NCBI GenBank assembly: GCA_964016885.1
Contig: OZ024747.1
Coordinates: 31,186,001 to 31,250,000 of the forward strand
Source of the DNA: Eledone cirrhosa
Taxonomy: Eukaryota
Direction of reading: 5' to 3'
DNA length: 64,000 nucleotides
Shown here: one piece after another, positions 48,820 through 62,102 of the stretch
Position numbering within the stretch: position 1 is the first letter of the stretch
Layout of the letters: each line of letters starts with the position of its first letter
Translations under genes and position numbers: made by a program
Notes under the pieces: model-generated
What the model was told of the DNA's origin: nothing
Database searches by the model: none
Seen by the model: only the letters and a program-made list of their open reading frames with translations

Positions 48820-48950
48820 TATTTAAGGTCGAGTGACGCAACTTTGAGTAATTAGCGGCCTTTAGACTCACCTGATCAATAAAACAATTGTTAATACTAG
48901 AAATAAAACCTTTTTGTTCAGCCGACCATGTTATTCTTCAATCTTTCACT
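48820..48950 (+). repeat. Partial family G hammerhead element
   Basis: Matches 27790-27913; GAAA mutated to AAAA. Confidence 0.7.
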
Positions 48951-49345
48951 ATATATATATATGCATTTATCATCCAACCTATGCAAACAGTGGAAAAGCA
49001 GACATAAAAATTATGATGATGACAATATTCATTGAAATATATCGTGTATACCAGAATATTAATGAAGCTGGCAGATGCAAAGAATTAATAGAATGCCTAG
49101 ATTAATATGATCATATGACTCTTGGGTACTTTTAGGTGAGTCCTTGTGACTGTAAGCATTTCGACCAAGTCTGGTTTTATAGCTCAATATCTTTAGCAGC
49201 AACCTATGAAACATAATTTCCTCTCTTTCCTTCACCAGTTTTAAAGATTCTACTTATAAATCATGAGTGTTGTTGTTCTTCCACCAACTAAGCCATAATG
49301 AAAACCAAAATAATTCATCCCTCCATTTATTTATGTAAATACACT

Positions 49346-49565
49346 GATTTCTTATTTTGGCACAAGGCCAGCGAATTTGGGGAAGGGCATAGTTGAATAA
49401 ATCAACCCCAGTACCTAACTAACTGGTACTTTATTTTATCGACCCTAGAAGGATGAAAGGCAAAGTTAACCTTGTGTGATTTGAACTCAGAATGTGAAGA
49501 GCCAGAACAAATACTTCAATGGCATTTTATCTGATGCTCTACCAATTTTGCCAATCTACCACCCT
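49346..49565 (-). mobile_element. tRNA-derived SINE (family 1, diverged)
   Basis: GGTACTTTATTTTATCGACCC...AGGATGAAAGGCAAAG...ATTTGAACTCAG. Confidence 0.78.
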
Positions 49566-50029
49566 AATATATTCATGTAAATATATTAATAATTAATTAT
49601 CTCACAAATATAAACAGAATTTGGGAGAACAATCTGAAAAACAGCATTCTCTATATATCACAACCCACTCTATTTTCTTTTAAGAGGTCTTCTTAAATAA
49701 CCCTAGCTTTGGCAATATTTAAGCAAACGCTGGAAAAAATCTAATTTTGACTGTAATTAAAGATATCCAGGTGCATAATTGGATAATAAAAGCTAATTCT
49801 GAAAAGAATACCTTAAATTTGGTACAAACATCTCAAGGGCAATTGTTTCCCCTCTTTCAAAGCTTGAATAAGAATAAAAATGGAAGCAAAACAAGAAAAC
49901 TATAGATTTATTCATTCACTCAATTTCTATTATCTTGTATAGAAATGAGAACCTATTCATCTGATATTCTTTTGTAGATATCTCACATGTATACTACAGT
50001 GTTGTATGTTCTTGGCATTGGTGTACGAA

Positions 50030-50450
50030 ACACATTCTCACATATCACCTAGTTTGATACACACATACATATATAAACACACACACACACATACATACAC
50101 ATAGCTATAGAAACTCTCTGACATATCACCTAGTTATATATATATATACATACACACATACACACAGCTACAGAAACTCTCTCACATATCACCTAGTTAT
50201 ATATATATATATACATACACACATATATATATACATACACACATACACCTATAGACACATTCTTCCATATTACCTAGTTCAATACACACATGCATACACA
50301 CATTCTCACACACACACATATAACCACATCGCTATAGAAAGTCTCCCATATCACCTAGTTCCACATTCACACACACACGTGACCACAAAGATATAGACAG
50401 TCTCCCATATCACCTAGTTCCACATTCACACACACACACAGACACACACC
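50030..50450. repeat. Minisatellite of CATATCACCTAGTT + (CA/TA)n + GCTATAGAAA units
   Basis: About six units of variable length. Confidence 0.8.
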
Positions 50451-50638
50451 AAGACAATACATAAAATGTTGAAATATGCAGATGTGTAAATACAAGATAG
50501 AGGTGTACAGATATTACATTCTTCTAAAACATCTTGCAGAGTTGGTTCACACAAATTACACCCATTATATATATACATACATAAGTCCTTCCTACCACTC
50601 ATTATTTTATAAAGTGTACTGGGTGTATTTTATCATCT

Positions 50639-50825
50639 GTGGATTGGTCGTATTGGTAGAGGGTCAGATGCCATGCTTTGCAAGCAAAGAGTTATGGGCC
50701 ATTATGGTCTGAGTTCAAATCCCATCGAGGTTAACTTTTTCTTTCATCCTTACGGGGTCGATAAAATAAAGTGCCAGTAATACACTGGGATAAATGGTAG
50801 CCTTGTGCCAAAAGTAGAAACAATT
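50639..50825 (+). mobile_element. tRNA-derived SINE (family 1)
   Basis: GAGTTCAAATCCC B box, CTTTCATCCTTACGGGGTCGATAAAATAAAG. Confidence 0.85.
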
Positions 50826-53504
50826 ATATATACTAGCAGAAAAACCACACGGGTGGTTTGCTGCTAGCATGTGTAGTGTGTATATTGATATTATATGCAA
50901 ATATATATGCATGTAGATATGATACATCAAATAAAATCGTAATTGAGAATATGCACAGAAATTGAATACACTGGTTATTTGCTGGCCTTGTGCCAAAAGT
51001 AGAAACAATTATTTATTCACAGTAATCCAACTTATTTTACAAACGGGATAAGAAAATATATTCAGGATGGAGTAACGTGCTTATACTGTATTTGACTACA
51101 TAGAATTAGTTTGTTAGTTGGGATTTTTATAAAATATCCTCTGAATGGAAAAAGGGATGGGTATAGATGTACATGGGACAAAAACCCACATCTTTGGTTT
51201 GCTGGACCAATGTGTTACCATTACCCCAACACGCTACCCATGCCTCCTTCCATTCAATTAGAAGCTATATAACCAGAGCAGGTATATATATGTATATAAA
51301 TATATATATATACATAATTTGATTAAAATAAGTACTATTACATCATGGTTAACTAAATGGAATGACCAATTCTATCCATTTGTGAACCATAAAACATAAA
51401 TGAATACATATATATATAACAGTTTTAGCATAAAAACAGATTAGTTGTGCTATGTGTTAAATGTATATCTACATATGGAAAAAATTGCATAACAGCACTA
51501 GAGTAAAGAAGGACAAAACAGGACAATAGTGTGGATGTAGGGCTGAATACAAGTGTATCATATCTTGTGTAAGAACGTTTGAGTTGTCCTACAAACTGCA
51601 TGAATAATAACTTGTGAATTTCTAAATAGACACATACATATATGATTACATACATAAATATGCACATATATATTACATGCATACGTACATATATATACAT
51701 ACATGCTTCTTACACAAAAATGCATGATAAATAATAAAGTAATGAAAGCTATCATTATTTTCTTCTAATTGGATCTGAAAAAACCCCACTAGAAACAGTT
51801 TGATAATAATTAATTTTCTGCAATGCATTTTCTCCACAAACTAAAAATGAAGCCTAACAAGTTTTTTCCAGTTTTTTTTAATATTTCTTCCTGTGTTTCT
51901 GTGATATCATTTTTTAAACTTTTATCTGTTTTTTTTTTAAAACAAAATCTAGAAATGAAAACTAACCTCGAATTAAAAGATATTTACATATTTCAATTTT
52001 GTACAAACATTCACACACAAACACTCCCCTGACACACATAAAAATGTGTATGTGCATATATATATATATATACACACACACATATTGAAAATAATCAAGA
52101 GAAAATTTTCAAAATACATAGAAAGAAAACACAAATCAGTTGTTGCTAGTGTGTGATAATTTTTCACAACTAATTGCAACACAGTTCTAGGAAATAGTGA
52201 TATCTATTCACTTGGTTAAAGATACCACATAGGTATAAATATACCAAATGTTAATAAATTTTGAAAACTTACTATTACAAAATAAACACCAAATAAGTAT
52301 ATTACCAATAATGGATTAGGCATAAGATCAGTGATTTTATATTAAACTTAGATTTCTGCTCAATTGAAAGACTTGGGCCATAACAAATGTTTGAATTGGG
52401 TGCAGAAACTTGAATTAAGCATAAAGTTATAAATTCTGTATAAAGCTTTGAATTGCATGTCGAACATTAAATTAGGCAGAAAGTTCTGAATTGAGTGTAG
52501 GTATTTGAATTGGATGTTAGCCTTTCAATCAGGTATAAGACCTAGAATTGGATCTAGGAAACAGCAAATATCATACTCTGAGTCCCAATCACCTACCTCT
52601 ACTGTGCTCCCACTCCATAACTTTTGATTCCAAACTGCCTAAACAAGCCTAGATTTTATGGTTATATTAATCTAAAACATCATAATTTAAAGTAAGAACC
52701 TTTGTTAAGTTATGTGCCAAACATCAGCTTAATAATGAGAAAATCATTTGATTAAAACCCTCCAATTTTTTTCATTATTTGCAAAATTATTTAAAAATCA
52801 TACGGTAACAAAAATGTTAAACAATAGAGTGGAACATGGTGGGATTACATCTCTAAACTCTCACACTGCCACCCCATGCATCTGACCATTACATTTCAGA
52901 GTGTGAACTATAAAACTGTAATCCTCAACTTTGCAGTTCTGTAGGCCATATTTTGTCATACATTAGACTGCTTGCATGCTATAGTTCTAATAGATATTAT
53001 ATGACCAGAATCTACATAATAACTACACTCAGCAGAATTTTAATTCTGAGAACAAAATAATTAAAACAATGATGCAGAAAAACTAAATATTTTAGTTTTT
53101 TTATAGACTATATAAACCTCACTCTTGCCATTAGAAACTTACAAGAAATTAGATTTTCATTTCTTGTTAAAAAAATCTAATCAATTTTATTAGATAAATT
53201 CAACCTCAACTATTCCCAAACTTTGCCAAACAATTCGATAACAAGCTGTTATTTCTAGTTTACCTACATTTACTTTAGTTTCATATTGAGCTAAGCAAAG
53301 TAAAATTGAAAATAAAGAGATAAAATAGTAAGTATTCTTCATGTTAAATTTGAAAGAAACGCTTTGTTAAATTTGAAAGAAACGTTTAATGAATAACTCT
53401 AGTAGAATTTCTAACCTATCTGCCAATAAAAATATTTTTGATAGAGCAGCCCCCTATTACACTAAATGACAGTGGTTTGAAGGAGAAGATTGTTTGTATC
53501 ACTA

Positions 53505-53660
53505 ATAATGGTTTCTGATTTAGATAAAAAGCCAACAATTTTGAAGGAGTGGGCAAGTCTATTAAATCGACGCCAGTACATTACTGGTACTATCATTTTA
53601 TCGACCATGTAAGGATGAAATGCAAAACTAACCTTGGTGGGATCTGAACTCAGAACAACC
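53505..53660 (-). mobile_element. Diverged SINE (family 1 related)
   Basis: CTGGTACTATCATTTTATCGACC...AAGGATGAAA...GAACTCAG. Confidence 0.6.
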
Positions 53661-53892
53661 TTAGAGGAACATAAAAAATATTTCAATTTATGTATTCCCA
53701 ACAAAAGATTAATCCAGAAATGTTCGAAGCAGCCAAATTTGTTGCTAAATGCAGCTTAAAATCTGATAAACAGGAAATGCAGCTTAAAATCTGATAAACT
53801 GACATAAAATGGACCAACAAACTATAGAATATAAATATAGACCTGATAACTTCTTATAATAATAATACTAAATTTCTATCAACAAAAATAAA

Positions 53893-54029
53893 AATATTAG
53901 TTATTGTCAACCATTTTTGTATAGCTTTAGGAGCAGATTAAAAAAATTAACATATCACCCCCATTCTGCAAGATTTTTTAAAATCTGCTCCTACTGCTAT
54001 ACAAAAATGGCTGACAATAACTAATATTT
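53893..54029. repeat. Hairpin / MITE-like inverted repeat, about 55-bp arms
   Basis: AAATATTAGTTATTGTCA.CCATTTTTGTATAGC..TAGGAGCAGATT and its reverse complement. Confidence 0.75.
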
Positions 54030-57000
54030 GACATCTTCTATTATGGCAACCTGGTGCATTCGACTACCAGCCCAGGCTTCACTGCCTGCCAGGCAGAAGA
54101 GGGAAAACTCAAAGTATTGGCCACTCTGTGAGGGTTTTGGTTGAGCCTATGACAGTTGATACTTCCATCATTCTTTGGCCCTGAACCCTATCCCTACTCA
54201 CAGATATTAGAGTGGAGTTGGCTACACAGAAGTGCATGCCTCGTGAGGTGGAATGGCATTTCTAGTGTGTCTCCCTCACGATCCTCTGGGGCAATGTCTT
54301 CCCCATCCTGTCCACCAGGACCACAAGATGGATTGACCCTTAAGTTTCATTTATGACAGTGGCATATGGAATAAAGTTCTTCACTTTAAGTTATCTCAAA
54401 GCTAGGATAACTTGTCACTGGTTTCAGTTTCTTATGGGAGGAATTGTTATTCTACATAAACACCCATGTAAAAAGTGTGTCCCCCCACCCACCCCTCCCT
54501 TATTTTTATGCGTCTGGATCTTCAGGCACGTTAAAAGTGAAGGCAAACATCATCATCATCCTAAATAGTATTCTAACAACAATAATATAAAAATAAATAG
54601 CAGGTTTTATTCTATGTATATAAATATTCATATATATGTGTGTGTGTGTTTTTATGTACATATGTATGTATATATATTTAAAATAAATTATTCTCAGTGC
54701 CTCTCATAATACGTAGATGTTTGCTATTATTTGTATTCTTGATAGCATGATATCCCTATCTATATTATCAATCAATTTTCTAAAGTAGTCATTTCATAGA
54801 GCATTGCAACATTACTGAGAGAAAAAAAATAAGATTGGAGGTATAGGGGTGGAGCATGGTGTTGCCTGCATTATTTTCCTTCATTGCATTGATTCATTAT
54901 GTATATGCACATGTGCAGTTTCTACAGGTGCACTGAGAGGACAAAATAATCACTCTAACATGAATATTTTTTCTTCTTCCTCCAATATAAATGAGCAAAT
55001 ATTTCATATTATATGCTTCATGTGGAGAGTGAAAAATAATCAATAGAAAAAACAATAAAATACTAAAACATATTCTGGTGGCAGCTGATTCAGATGGTTC
55101 TATTGTATCTTCTACAGAAACGATGAAGCTTTCAAAGATATAACTCGATAACATTAAAGATTAAATAATATTTTAACTACTCCGAGGCAAACTTAGAAAT
55201 AAATATTTCTGATAAGGATTTCAGTATCACATTGTGTAAAACGTCTTTCAGTTTTTCAGTACTTTAAAAAAAAATATTTTGTAATAAGATTAGTGTCTAA
55301 AAATCTGTGTAATGAATGAAAGGAGCATGAAGTTTTGTATATATAAATATCATCATCATTTAACATCATTTTTCTAGAATCGGTGTGTATGTATATGTAT
55401 ATGTATATACTGTATTTTCCTTTCTTTCTGATGAAGAATCATCATCATTGTTGTTTTAACATCCGCTTTCCCCGCTAGCAAAGATTGGACAAATCCATAT
55501 AGACCAAGTCAGTACTGAAGTGGAGCCAATGATGTCCCGGTCAGCCCAGGGACTTGTGCACATATGTACAGTCTTACATTCCATGAAGCCCTCAGGAGAG
55601 GTTATCATGCCTTTTACGCAACTGAGAGTCCTCCCAACTCTTTGTTTGGAAAGATTTCTATGACTGGATGTCCTTCCTATTACCAGCCACTTACATGGCT
55701 GAAGGGTCTTCCTGGCCCTTTGTCTGGCAAACTTTCTACAGCTGGAGTCACCAAAGAATGTATGCAAAATGGTTTTATCACTCAATGCCCAGTGGTTTAG
55801 CTAGATTTTGTGCCACCCATAAGCAACCCTGTAAATTGCCTCCACCCCACTTCCACATACAACATACCTGAAAGTAATGCTCCCGTAAAAGTCACACCTG
55901 GGGTAGATCACCCCATCTCCTAGCTATGCTACTACTGATCTTTAAGTGCCTGTAAATTTATCATCAAAGTGTAATTCCCCCAGAGAACACCGCCAGTGAG
56001 GGATATTTAAGAATCATCCTCTGAAATAAGCTGTTTGGTTGATCTTTATCAATGCCTAGAACAGTGGTTCTCAGCCTTTCATGTGTCATTGCCTACTTTC
56101 GCATGGAAAAATCTACTACTGCCTGCAAAAATTTAAAAGTATACCAAAAATGTTCGGTAAAAGTTTGTTCCTGGTTCATAAACTGACTTTTTATGATGTA
56201 GTAAAAATTACTAAAGGGTTGCCTATCTTGAAATACCTTTGTAATACTCAAAATCCTATATCATCCACCAAAACTTCTAATCATCCACCATTATCTGTTC
56301 AATTGCTCATCACCCAACCAATAGTTGAACTTGCCCACCAGTGGGTGATATCACTCTGGTTTGGAAACCCTGGCCTAGAGTCCCCTCAAGAATATTGCCA
56401 TTCTTGTTCACCATAAATTCTCTATAGAGTTCAAAGAATAACAGCAACTGCATTGTCCATCTACTAACAAGTTGTGAGAACATGCTAACCCATGATGATG
56501 ATGATCGTGGTGGTAGTAGAATCAGTAGTGGTGCTGGGTCATCTTTCGATGATTGTGATGATGTGTTATAGATACAGGTACCAGAAAACAACAATACCTG
56601 GATCTGTAAATACAATTTGGGCAACCTCACACAGTATCTTTTAACCATGAACAAACACTATGCATGTTTTCCAAGATGTAACTCATTCTTTTTGATGAAT
56701 GGAAACCAGGAATAATAATTAAAAAAAATTATAATAATGTTATAGGGTTATTTTCTTTCTTTTTTTTTCGGGATATCCAATTGTGACCCTCACTGAATAT
56801 CCTTTCCACTGTAGCTGCATTGGCCAACATGTAGGCAGCTGAATATTTATGATGAAAGATTAAAAAAAAAAATGGAAAAACAAAATAGCATCTACTTCAA
56901 GGTGAGTTGATTGTAGAAAACAACAATGCAGTAATATTTTCTAGGATATGTATAGATTATACACAAATGTATCAGACAAAACTCTTTCAAATTCTCATCA

Positions 57001-57229
57001 AAGATGAAAAAGGCTGAAATTGGACACTGGTCAAAATGTAGACATATCAAATAAACAAAAGAAAAAAAAAAAGAGAGAGATGAGATAATCTACATGCTTA
57101 CACGATACTTATAATACTAAAACTTGAAAATGGTGATAACAAAAATATGAAGAATAGAATTTGGAACTGTTCTTGAGATAATAAACTCAGGCATTGTAGT
57201 AAAAAGAAAAAGGAGGCAAAGCAGAGGTA

Positions 57230-57630
57230 TGAAGAGCTATCACTTCTTCACCCATTTATTCCCGAGAAGGTTGTCCGTAAACACATCTTCCAGTAGGTTC
57301 TGTCAGAAGCAACCATTTCTAACTGATCCAGCGAGACCAGCCAAGCTCATGGCTGTTATCCAACTATCTTGCTCAGAGTCTACCCCTGGGTCACCTGCCA
57401 TTTGGTTTTCCCTGTAAAATCTGTCCAGCAATTCTTACCTAAGACATTCTAACCACATCTCCGTAGTATCGGAGCTATGAACTCTCAATTAGGAGAAGTA
57501 GCAGCTCTACTTAGTGTGACCCTTGGATCTCTGAGTTATGCACTCTATTGAGTAACCTTACTTTAAAGACCCTTCAGAGGAACCCTATTTTGGATGCTTC
57601 TATTTGTGATCATATTATTTCGATCACAAA
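57230..57630 (-). mobile_element. Old Rex3/Expander-like RTE fragment
   Basis: GTAGAGCTGCTACTTCTCC on minus; homologous to 38320-38600. Confidence 0.55.
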
Positions 57631-58449
57631 TACAAAAAGCAAATTACATTCTAATACTAAAACTTGGAAATGTTGAAAAGAAAGATATGAAAAATAGAAT
57701 TTGGAACTTTGCTTGAGATAATAAACAGATGCAGATAGTAGAAATAAGAAGAGAGAGAGAGGGGAAAAGTTAAAGGAGAGATATGAAGAGCTAACTCTAT
57801 AGATAAAATATACTAAACAGAGTGATCTTTGGAAAGGAAAACAAGATGATGATTAAAATGCTTTATTTAGTTCGGAAATAAAGGTTCTTTATTCAAAGAA
57901 TCCTATCTGGTTTTATGTAAACAGGTAAGAATATACATCTGGTAATAAGGTAGCTGAATTCCTATGTCAGCTTATTTTTCTATTTGTCTCTAGGTTTATT
58001 GAGGAAATTTTTCTATGATTTTCTAGATTTATTGGCTGGAAAAAAAATTTTTTTACAGTCATTTTTGTATTCTTTTTTAGACTTATTGGGAAAAACATTT
58101 TTAAAGGTCACTTTTCTATGCTTCTCTAGATTTATTTTGAAAAATTTTTCTTTTAATTCCAAATATGAAAACATATATGTCAGAATAAACAACCTGGACA
58201 TAAAAGGAATAAAAATAATCTTAACAACATAAACTGTAGAAAGTATTAATAAAATAGAAACTGGTGAGGAGTTGGCACAATTGTTGGAATGTCATACAAA
58301 ATGATTTGCAGTATTTATTCCAGCTATATGTGGGAGATTTAGCTGCTATTTCTAGAAGGTGAAGCAAGTGGCTCACTTGATGGTGGATAATTTTTCATAG
58401 AATTTTCTGATTAGGACAATGGGATTGATGAGTTAATATCTGTATACAA

Positions 58450-59047
58450 CAACTACAATGGTACGCGATGGGGCCCACCCACAGAATGGAGAAGGCGTAG
58501 TCCCCGGAGGACGGCAAGAGAGACGTGCTGGAAAAGCCACTCCAACTCGCGGGGCTCACACCTGCGGCTGTCCAGCTCAGCGCCTATGGTGGTGAGTAAG
58601 GAGGCAGCCCTGGGGCTGAGGACACCAGAAGTCTCCACTGCCAGGGGTACGACCACAAACCTGTCAGAGAACGACCAGTATTTGAGGAGTTTGGCCCCCT
58701 CAACCCGACGTGCAGCAGAACCTGGGTCAGTCACAGACTGCACCAGGTTGTGGCTACAGAAAGTGTCGGTGCAAGTGACATCCCAGACGATGGGTTTGCC
58801 ACCGCGGAACGGGAAGATGGTCATGCCATCTGGCCTTTTGCCGTCCACTCGATCCAGCCCCACCGGCTCAAGCTGGGAAGGGAAGCCTGCAGCGTCCAAG
58901 CCATGCTTAATGACCTCATTGAGGGCAGCATGGCATGGAATGCGGCCGGCACTGTGGTCACAGGAAAGCGGGTCGAGACCAAAAGAGTCCACGGTGGAAC
59001 TGCAGCGACATTGGTGTGGCTGGCAGATCCGGAGGCCGAGCCTCAGG
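58450..59047 (-). mobile_element. CRE-like non-LTR retrotransposon 3' fragment (zinc finger and RLE)
   Basis: LRLGLRICQPHQCRC...LSC...HAALNEVI...EPVGLDRVDGKRPDG...WDVTC...KY...PLAVETSG...SLAVLRG; GC-rich island. Confidence 0.82.
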
Positions 59048-60539
59048 GAAACTGAGTCAAATCCTTCTAAGATGAACTTTGCTTCCAGGGTCGATAAAAT
59101 AAAGTACTAGTGCAATAATAGGGTCAACGTAATAAACTTATGCTAATTACCTAACAAATTGCTGAATGCTCCTAAATTCATAAGGGTTGGATAGGCAGAA
59201 TTGTTAGAATGCCAGACAAATTACATCATAGTATTTGGTTATGGCTTTTTACCTGCTGCGTTGATAAAATATCAGTCAAGTACTGGGGTTGATATAATCA
59301 ACTTATCCCACACCCATCTCCCAACATATTGCTGGCCTTGTGCCACTAGACATAGTTTTGTATTTTATTTTATTTTATTTGTGATTTATTCTGTAAAGTG
59401 GTTAGTGATAGGAGGTGTATCCAGCTGTAGCAAACTTGCCTAGCAAAGGATTGGGAGAATTCTTCAGTTGTCTCAAAGACATGATAACCTCCTTAGTGTG
59501 GGTGTCATGATAAAATGCACTCAGTGCAGGAAATTATATGTAAGTAAGTTGTCAGCAGCTAGCCCACCTAAGTGCTTGGTAGAAGGCAGGATCATATGAA
59601 AGTGAGATGCAGGCTTCTGGCCCATCTGTGGAGTCAGTACCTGCATTTGAGTAATGACATGGTTTGCAGGCAACCCATCCAACCTTTACTAGCAGGCAAA
59701 GCAGATGTTAAATGATGATGGTGATTTAGACAAAAGAGGACACAGTTTACTGAATTATATTTAGTATATTACTATTACTGGAGAGGCTTTCACTAGGCTT
59801 AGAATGCCCAAGCAACTCTGTGTCAATATGGTGCCCCCACAACTCAGGAGGTATGGGACCATACCATACCTATTACTGACAACTAAATCTCATGATGGTA
59901 ATGGTACAATAGCCATAACAAAAAAGACCTGTCCACCAGTACAAGCACTGTGACACGAAAAGTAAACATGGTGAGAGACCAGGAGCTATAGTATTTGGCA
60001 AATTGAACAAAGGAAATGTAGGGTTTAGGAGAACCCTTCAGTCTGGCCCCTCTAGTGCTGGTGCCAAGATAAAATACACCCAGTACTCCCTGTAATCCGT
60101 TAGTGTTGGTACTATGATAAATGCACCCAGTTCACTCTGTAACTTGGTAGAAAAAAACACACCCAGTAGACCCTGTGAAGTGGTTGGCAGAAGGAAAGGC
60201 ATCCAGCTATAGAAATCAAACTAAATATGGAATGTAACTAGCAACATTTTTCACACTGACTTATCAGGTCTCAGACTGACATGCCAAAGTGTAAATTGGA
60301 CATAAAATGATGATGGTAATAATAATGACTTCATTAATCACTAGATGGTTTTTTTTTTAAATGCCCCCAAAATCAACCCCTTCACACACCTGCACACCGA
60401 GTAAGATTTGAACCGGGAAGACTGAGGTATGAAACTAGTTCAGCTAGCAGCTACACCAGCAGCATGCATTTTACAGTTTCAACTATCCTTTTTAGCAGGA
60501 GTAGAAAGATACATACCGCACCATTAGATCAGAAAATGT

Positions 60540-60638
60540 CTAGTAGTAGTAGTGGTGGTGGTGGTGGTGGTGGTGGTGGTGGTGGTGGTGGTGGTGGTGG
60601 TAGTAGTAGTGATGGTGGTGGTGGTGGTGGTGGTAGTA

Positions 60639-60704
<66 letters not shown>

Positions 60705-60724
60705 ATGATGGTGGTGGTGGTGGC

Positions 60725-60779
<55 letters not shown>

Positions 60780-61120
60780 AAAGCTATAGAAATGTAAAAC
60801 AGACAGACAGCAGCAGTGAGGGTGGTGGCAGCAGCATTTAGAGATAGGATAGTTAACAGCATTAGCAATAGTAGTAGATATAGTAGTCATATCACAAGAG
60901 TAACTACAACAGCAGCAGCAGCAGTAGTAGTAATAATATTAACAACTGTAGTGACAAGACTAACAACAACAGCAGTGATGATGATGATGATGGCGGCGTT
61001 GATGAAGATGACGCTGATGTTGGTGATGATGATGATGGGTGATGATGGCAATGGGGGATGACGATGATAATGGTGACAATGTTGGGGATGATAATGGTGA
61101 TAATGAATGTGATGATGATG
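60540..61120. repeat. Compound (TAG)n/(TGG)n/(ATG)n trinucleotide tract
   Basis: Seen directly. Confidence 0.95.
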
Positions 61121-61224
61121 GTTAAGAGTGACTCCACCAAAGATAATTAAAATAACAGTAGTAAAACAAACCTATACAGAGTAACATCAGTTAGTAGCAG
61201 ACAGAAGGAAAGCAACAGTGATCA

Positions 61225-61642
61225 ACATAAAAACAAAGCTATCAATTTCTTTATTATTATTATTGTTATCATTTGAAAAGGAAAATCAGGGTAGAGAGGG
61301 AAGTGCTCTCTTCCCAGCATTTTGTTGAAAGATGGGTGAGAGAGGCAAGAATGGCTCGAGTGAATGGGCCTACTCTGAGTATATGCCTGTAAATTGAAGG
61401 TGGAAAACTGGGAGAGGGCACTTGCCCTGGTGGTCAGGGTCACCGTGGCTTTTTTAATGGGCTTTCTCCATGAATGTCCCTCGGAAATCTCCACCCTATT
61501 GGGGAACTTTTCATTGTTTCTTTTTTGGTTACATCCTCTGTTTTTTTTTACACGCTGAAATGCCCATCTGTACCATCCTGTATTGTCCTGTACTGTCCTT
61601 AATGTCTTACTTTGTGTAAACCATTGTGGTTAATAAAGAAAG
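61225..61642 (+). mobile_element. 3' end of an L1/Tx1-like LINE
   Basis: KRKIRVEREVLSSQHFVERW-type ORF2 terminus, pyrimidine-rich 3' UTR, AATAAA at about 61632. Confidence 0.5.
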
Positions 61643-61681
61643 CATTATTCTTCATACATGTGCATCCATTATTATTATTAT

Positions 61682-61870
61682 GGGGCGGTGGATTGGCAGT
61701 ATTGGTAAAGGGTCGGACGCCATGCTTTAACGCATAGAGTTACGGCCCTTGCCATTCTGAGTTCAAATCCCGCCACGGTTAACTTTGCCTTTCATCCTTA
61801 CGGGATCGATAAAATAAAGTACCAGTAATGTACTGGGTAATTGCTGGCCTTGTGCCAAAAGTAGAAACAC
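61682..61870 (+). mobile_element. tRNA-derived SINE (family 1), full length
   Basis: GGCGGTGGATTGGCAGTATTGG, GAGTTCAAATCCC, GCCTTTCATCCTTACGGGATCGATAAAATAAAGTACC; TTATTATTA on both flanks. Confidence 0.9.
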
Positions 61871-62102
61871 TTATTATTAATGGATGCACATGTATGAAGA
61901 CGTACAAGTCTGCGGGGAAAAGGTTTGTAACTTTAAGCTGTTTTAAAGTATCATTTTTTGTATTATTTGTCGTTAACGAAACATAAGGTACCCACCTTGG
62001 TTCCAAGTAAGGGAGACCTCTCAATATTCGGGCTTTAAGCCCAAATATTCAGATTTATTTTTAAAAACATCGAAAAAAATCGCTTCCACACAGAAAAAAA
62101 AA

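Noticed and set aside
54897-55154. Possible host exon
   Set aside because: No recognisable domain and no convincing splice pair; cannot be supported without RNA data.
60464-61140. Poly-S/G/T/V/H/Y ORFs
   Set aside because: They are trinucleotide repeats with no domain signal.
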